From a bacterium (GTDB taxonomy: Bacteria; Joyebacterota; Joyebacteria; Joyebacterales; Joyebacteraceae), in NCBI GenBank assembly GCA_025774245.1, contig JALGWI010000001.1, positions 20,599 to 84,598 of the forward strand: 64,000 nt of DNA, in the 5' to 3' direction. The first letter of the stretch is position 1; each line of letters starts with the position of its first letter. The notes beneath the pieces were generated by a model. It was not told the DNA's origin. It saw nothing but the letters and a program-made list of their open reading frames with translations, and did no database searches. Below, in pieces: positions 63,376 through 64,000 of this stretch. The position numbers and the translations under genes were made by a program.

Positions 63376-64000
63376 ATGACACTTGGCAGCACGGGGCGAA
63401 GGGCAGGTGGCGCTCCCGGACGGGCGGAGCGCTTTCTAGCAGGAACGACCCTCACGTTGCTCGTCGGCCTGTTTCTGGTGTCGGCCGTGGAGGTCGCGCC
63501 GGCGAGGATGGATCCGTCCGATCGCGGTCTGAACGAGCAGGCCCAGGCGGTGCATAACTCGCGCGTCTATCAGTTCTACGGCTGGTACCACAGCGTCGGC
63601 CAGCTTCTCCTGCACGTGTCGAACCTCGGCTACTTCGGGGACTGGGACGCGGACCTGACGGCGCCTTCGGCCGAGTGGCCGGCGGGGAGCGGGCACGAGT
63701 ACCTGTACGCGGGTGGAATCTGGGTCGGCGGGATCGTGCTCAATCCCGTCACGGGGTTGCAGGACACGCTCGTCTCGGCCGCCGTCTACCAGCAGGAGTT
63801 CCGCCCTAATCCCGACGACCTCCTCGACACGATCTTCGAGACGTGGGAGGGCGCGGCCAACAGCATCCGGCTCGGTGACGACGACAACGACTGCGGCCCA
63901 CCCCACGTCCCCGATCCGCACAATCCGTTCGAGTGGTTCGACGAGGATCCGTTCGACGGCGTCGACAACGACGACGACGGGCTGACCGACGAGGACTACG
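63376..64000 (+). CDS. 5' part of a gene running out of the window: secreted hypothetical protein with a C-proximal Asp-rich calcium-binding-like motif
   Basis: Not in the ORF track because there is no stop before the window end. I translated nt 63376-64000 by hand: ATG with GGAGG 6 nt upstream, no in-frame stop. MTLGSTGRRAGGAPGRAERFLAGTTLTLLVGLFLVSAVEVAPA... ending ...DGVDNDDDGLTDEDY. Confidence 0.45.
   Translation, partial: MTLGSTGRRAGGAPGRAERFLAGTTLTLLVGLFLVSAVEVAPARMDPSDRGLNEQAQAVHNSRVYQFYGWYHSVGQLLLHVSNLGYFGDWDADLTAPSAEWPAGSGHEYLYAGGIWVGGIVLNPVTGLQDTLVSAAVYQQEFRPNPDDLLDTIFETWEGAANSIRLGDDDNDCGPPHVPDPHNPFEWFDEDPFDGVDNDDDGLTDEDY

Overview
This is a 64-kb, visibly high-GC bacterial chromosomal segment with dense, mostly plus-strand coding. 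I could not recognise any rRNA, tRNA, CRISPR array, transposase or integrase in it.

Content in order:
(1) The 3' end of a gene with a 4Fe-4S ferredoxin-type domain, an LpxL/HtrB-like lipid A acyltransferase, then on the minus strand a DUF3467-like gene followed by two outer-membrane beta-barrel genes.
(2) A short lower-GC island carrying a single gene for an unfamiliar protein built of three internal repeats.
(3) Split ADP-heptose pathway genes (RfaE domain I kinase and domain II adenylyltransferase) and a cyclic-2,3-diphosphoglycerate-synthetase-like P-loop gene.
(4) An energy-metabolism cluster: sucCD, a four-subunit 2-oxoacid:ferredoxin oxidoreductase (delta-alpha-beta-gamma), ndk, NuoE-like and NuoF-like genes, and a 1286-aa fusion of 2Fe-2S, GltD-like and NuoG/molybdopterin-like domains.
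(5) The conserved rpmF-plsX-fabH-fabD-fabG-acpP-fabF-rnc cluster, then an acyl-CoA dehydrogenase with etfB and a ferredoxin-domain etfA (a bifurcating-type Bcd/Etf trio).
(6) Two giant secreted parallel-beta-helix proteins (896 and 1659 aa) with Por/T9SS-type C-terminal sorting domains. The second contains three tandem ~1.1-kb DNA repeats. A near-consensus sigma70 promoter lies upstream of the first.
(7) An alkaline-phosphatase-superfamily gene (minus strand), uvrA, a SAM methyltransferase, the glycine cleavage system (gcvT, gcvH, gcvPA, gcvPB), small membrane proteins, and a GlmL/MutL-like ATPase-fold gene paired with an unknown gene.
(8) The most unusual region: a tandemly duplicated four-gene cassette (A-B-C-D, then A'-B'-C'-D') encoding only membrane proteins that I cannot place in any family. 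The A proteins carry an Fn3-like ectodomain plus a domain paralogous to the C proteins.
(9) A lipoate-protein ligase family gene, a TonB-dependent receptor with an N-terminal carboxypeptidase-regulatory-like domain, and the 5' end of a gene for a secreted, Asp-rich protein.

Start codons were chosen by RBS inspection and by frame arithmetic against the ORF track. Many starts are GTG or TTG. I cannot run similarity searches, so all family calls rest on motifs I recognise by eye.
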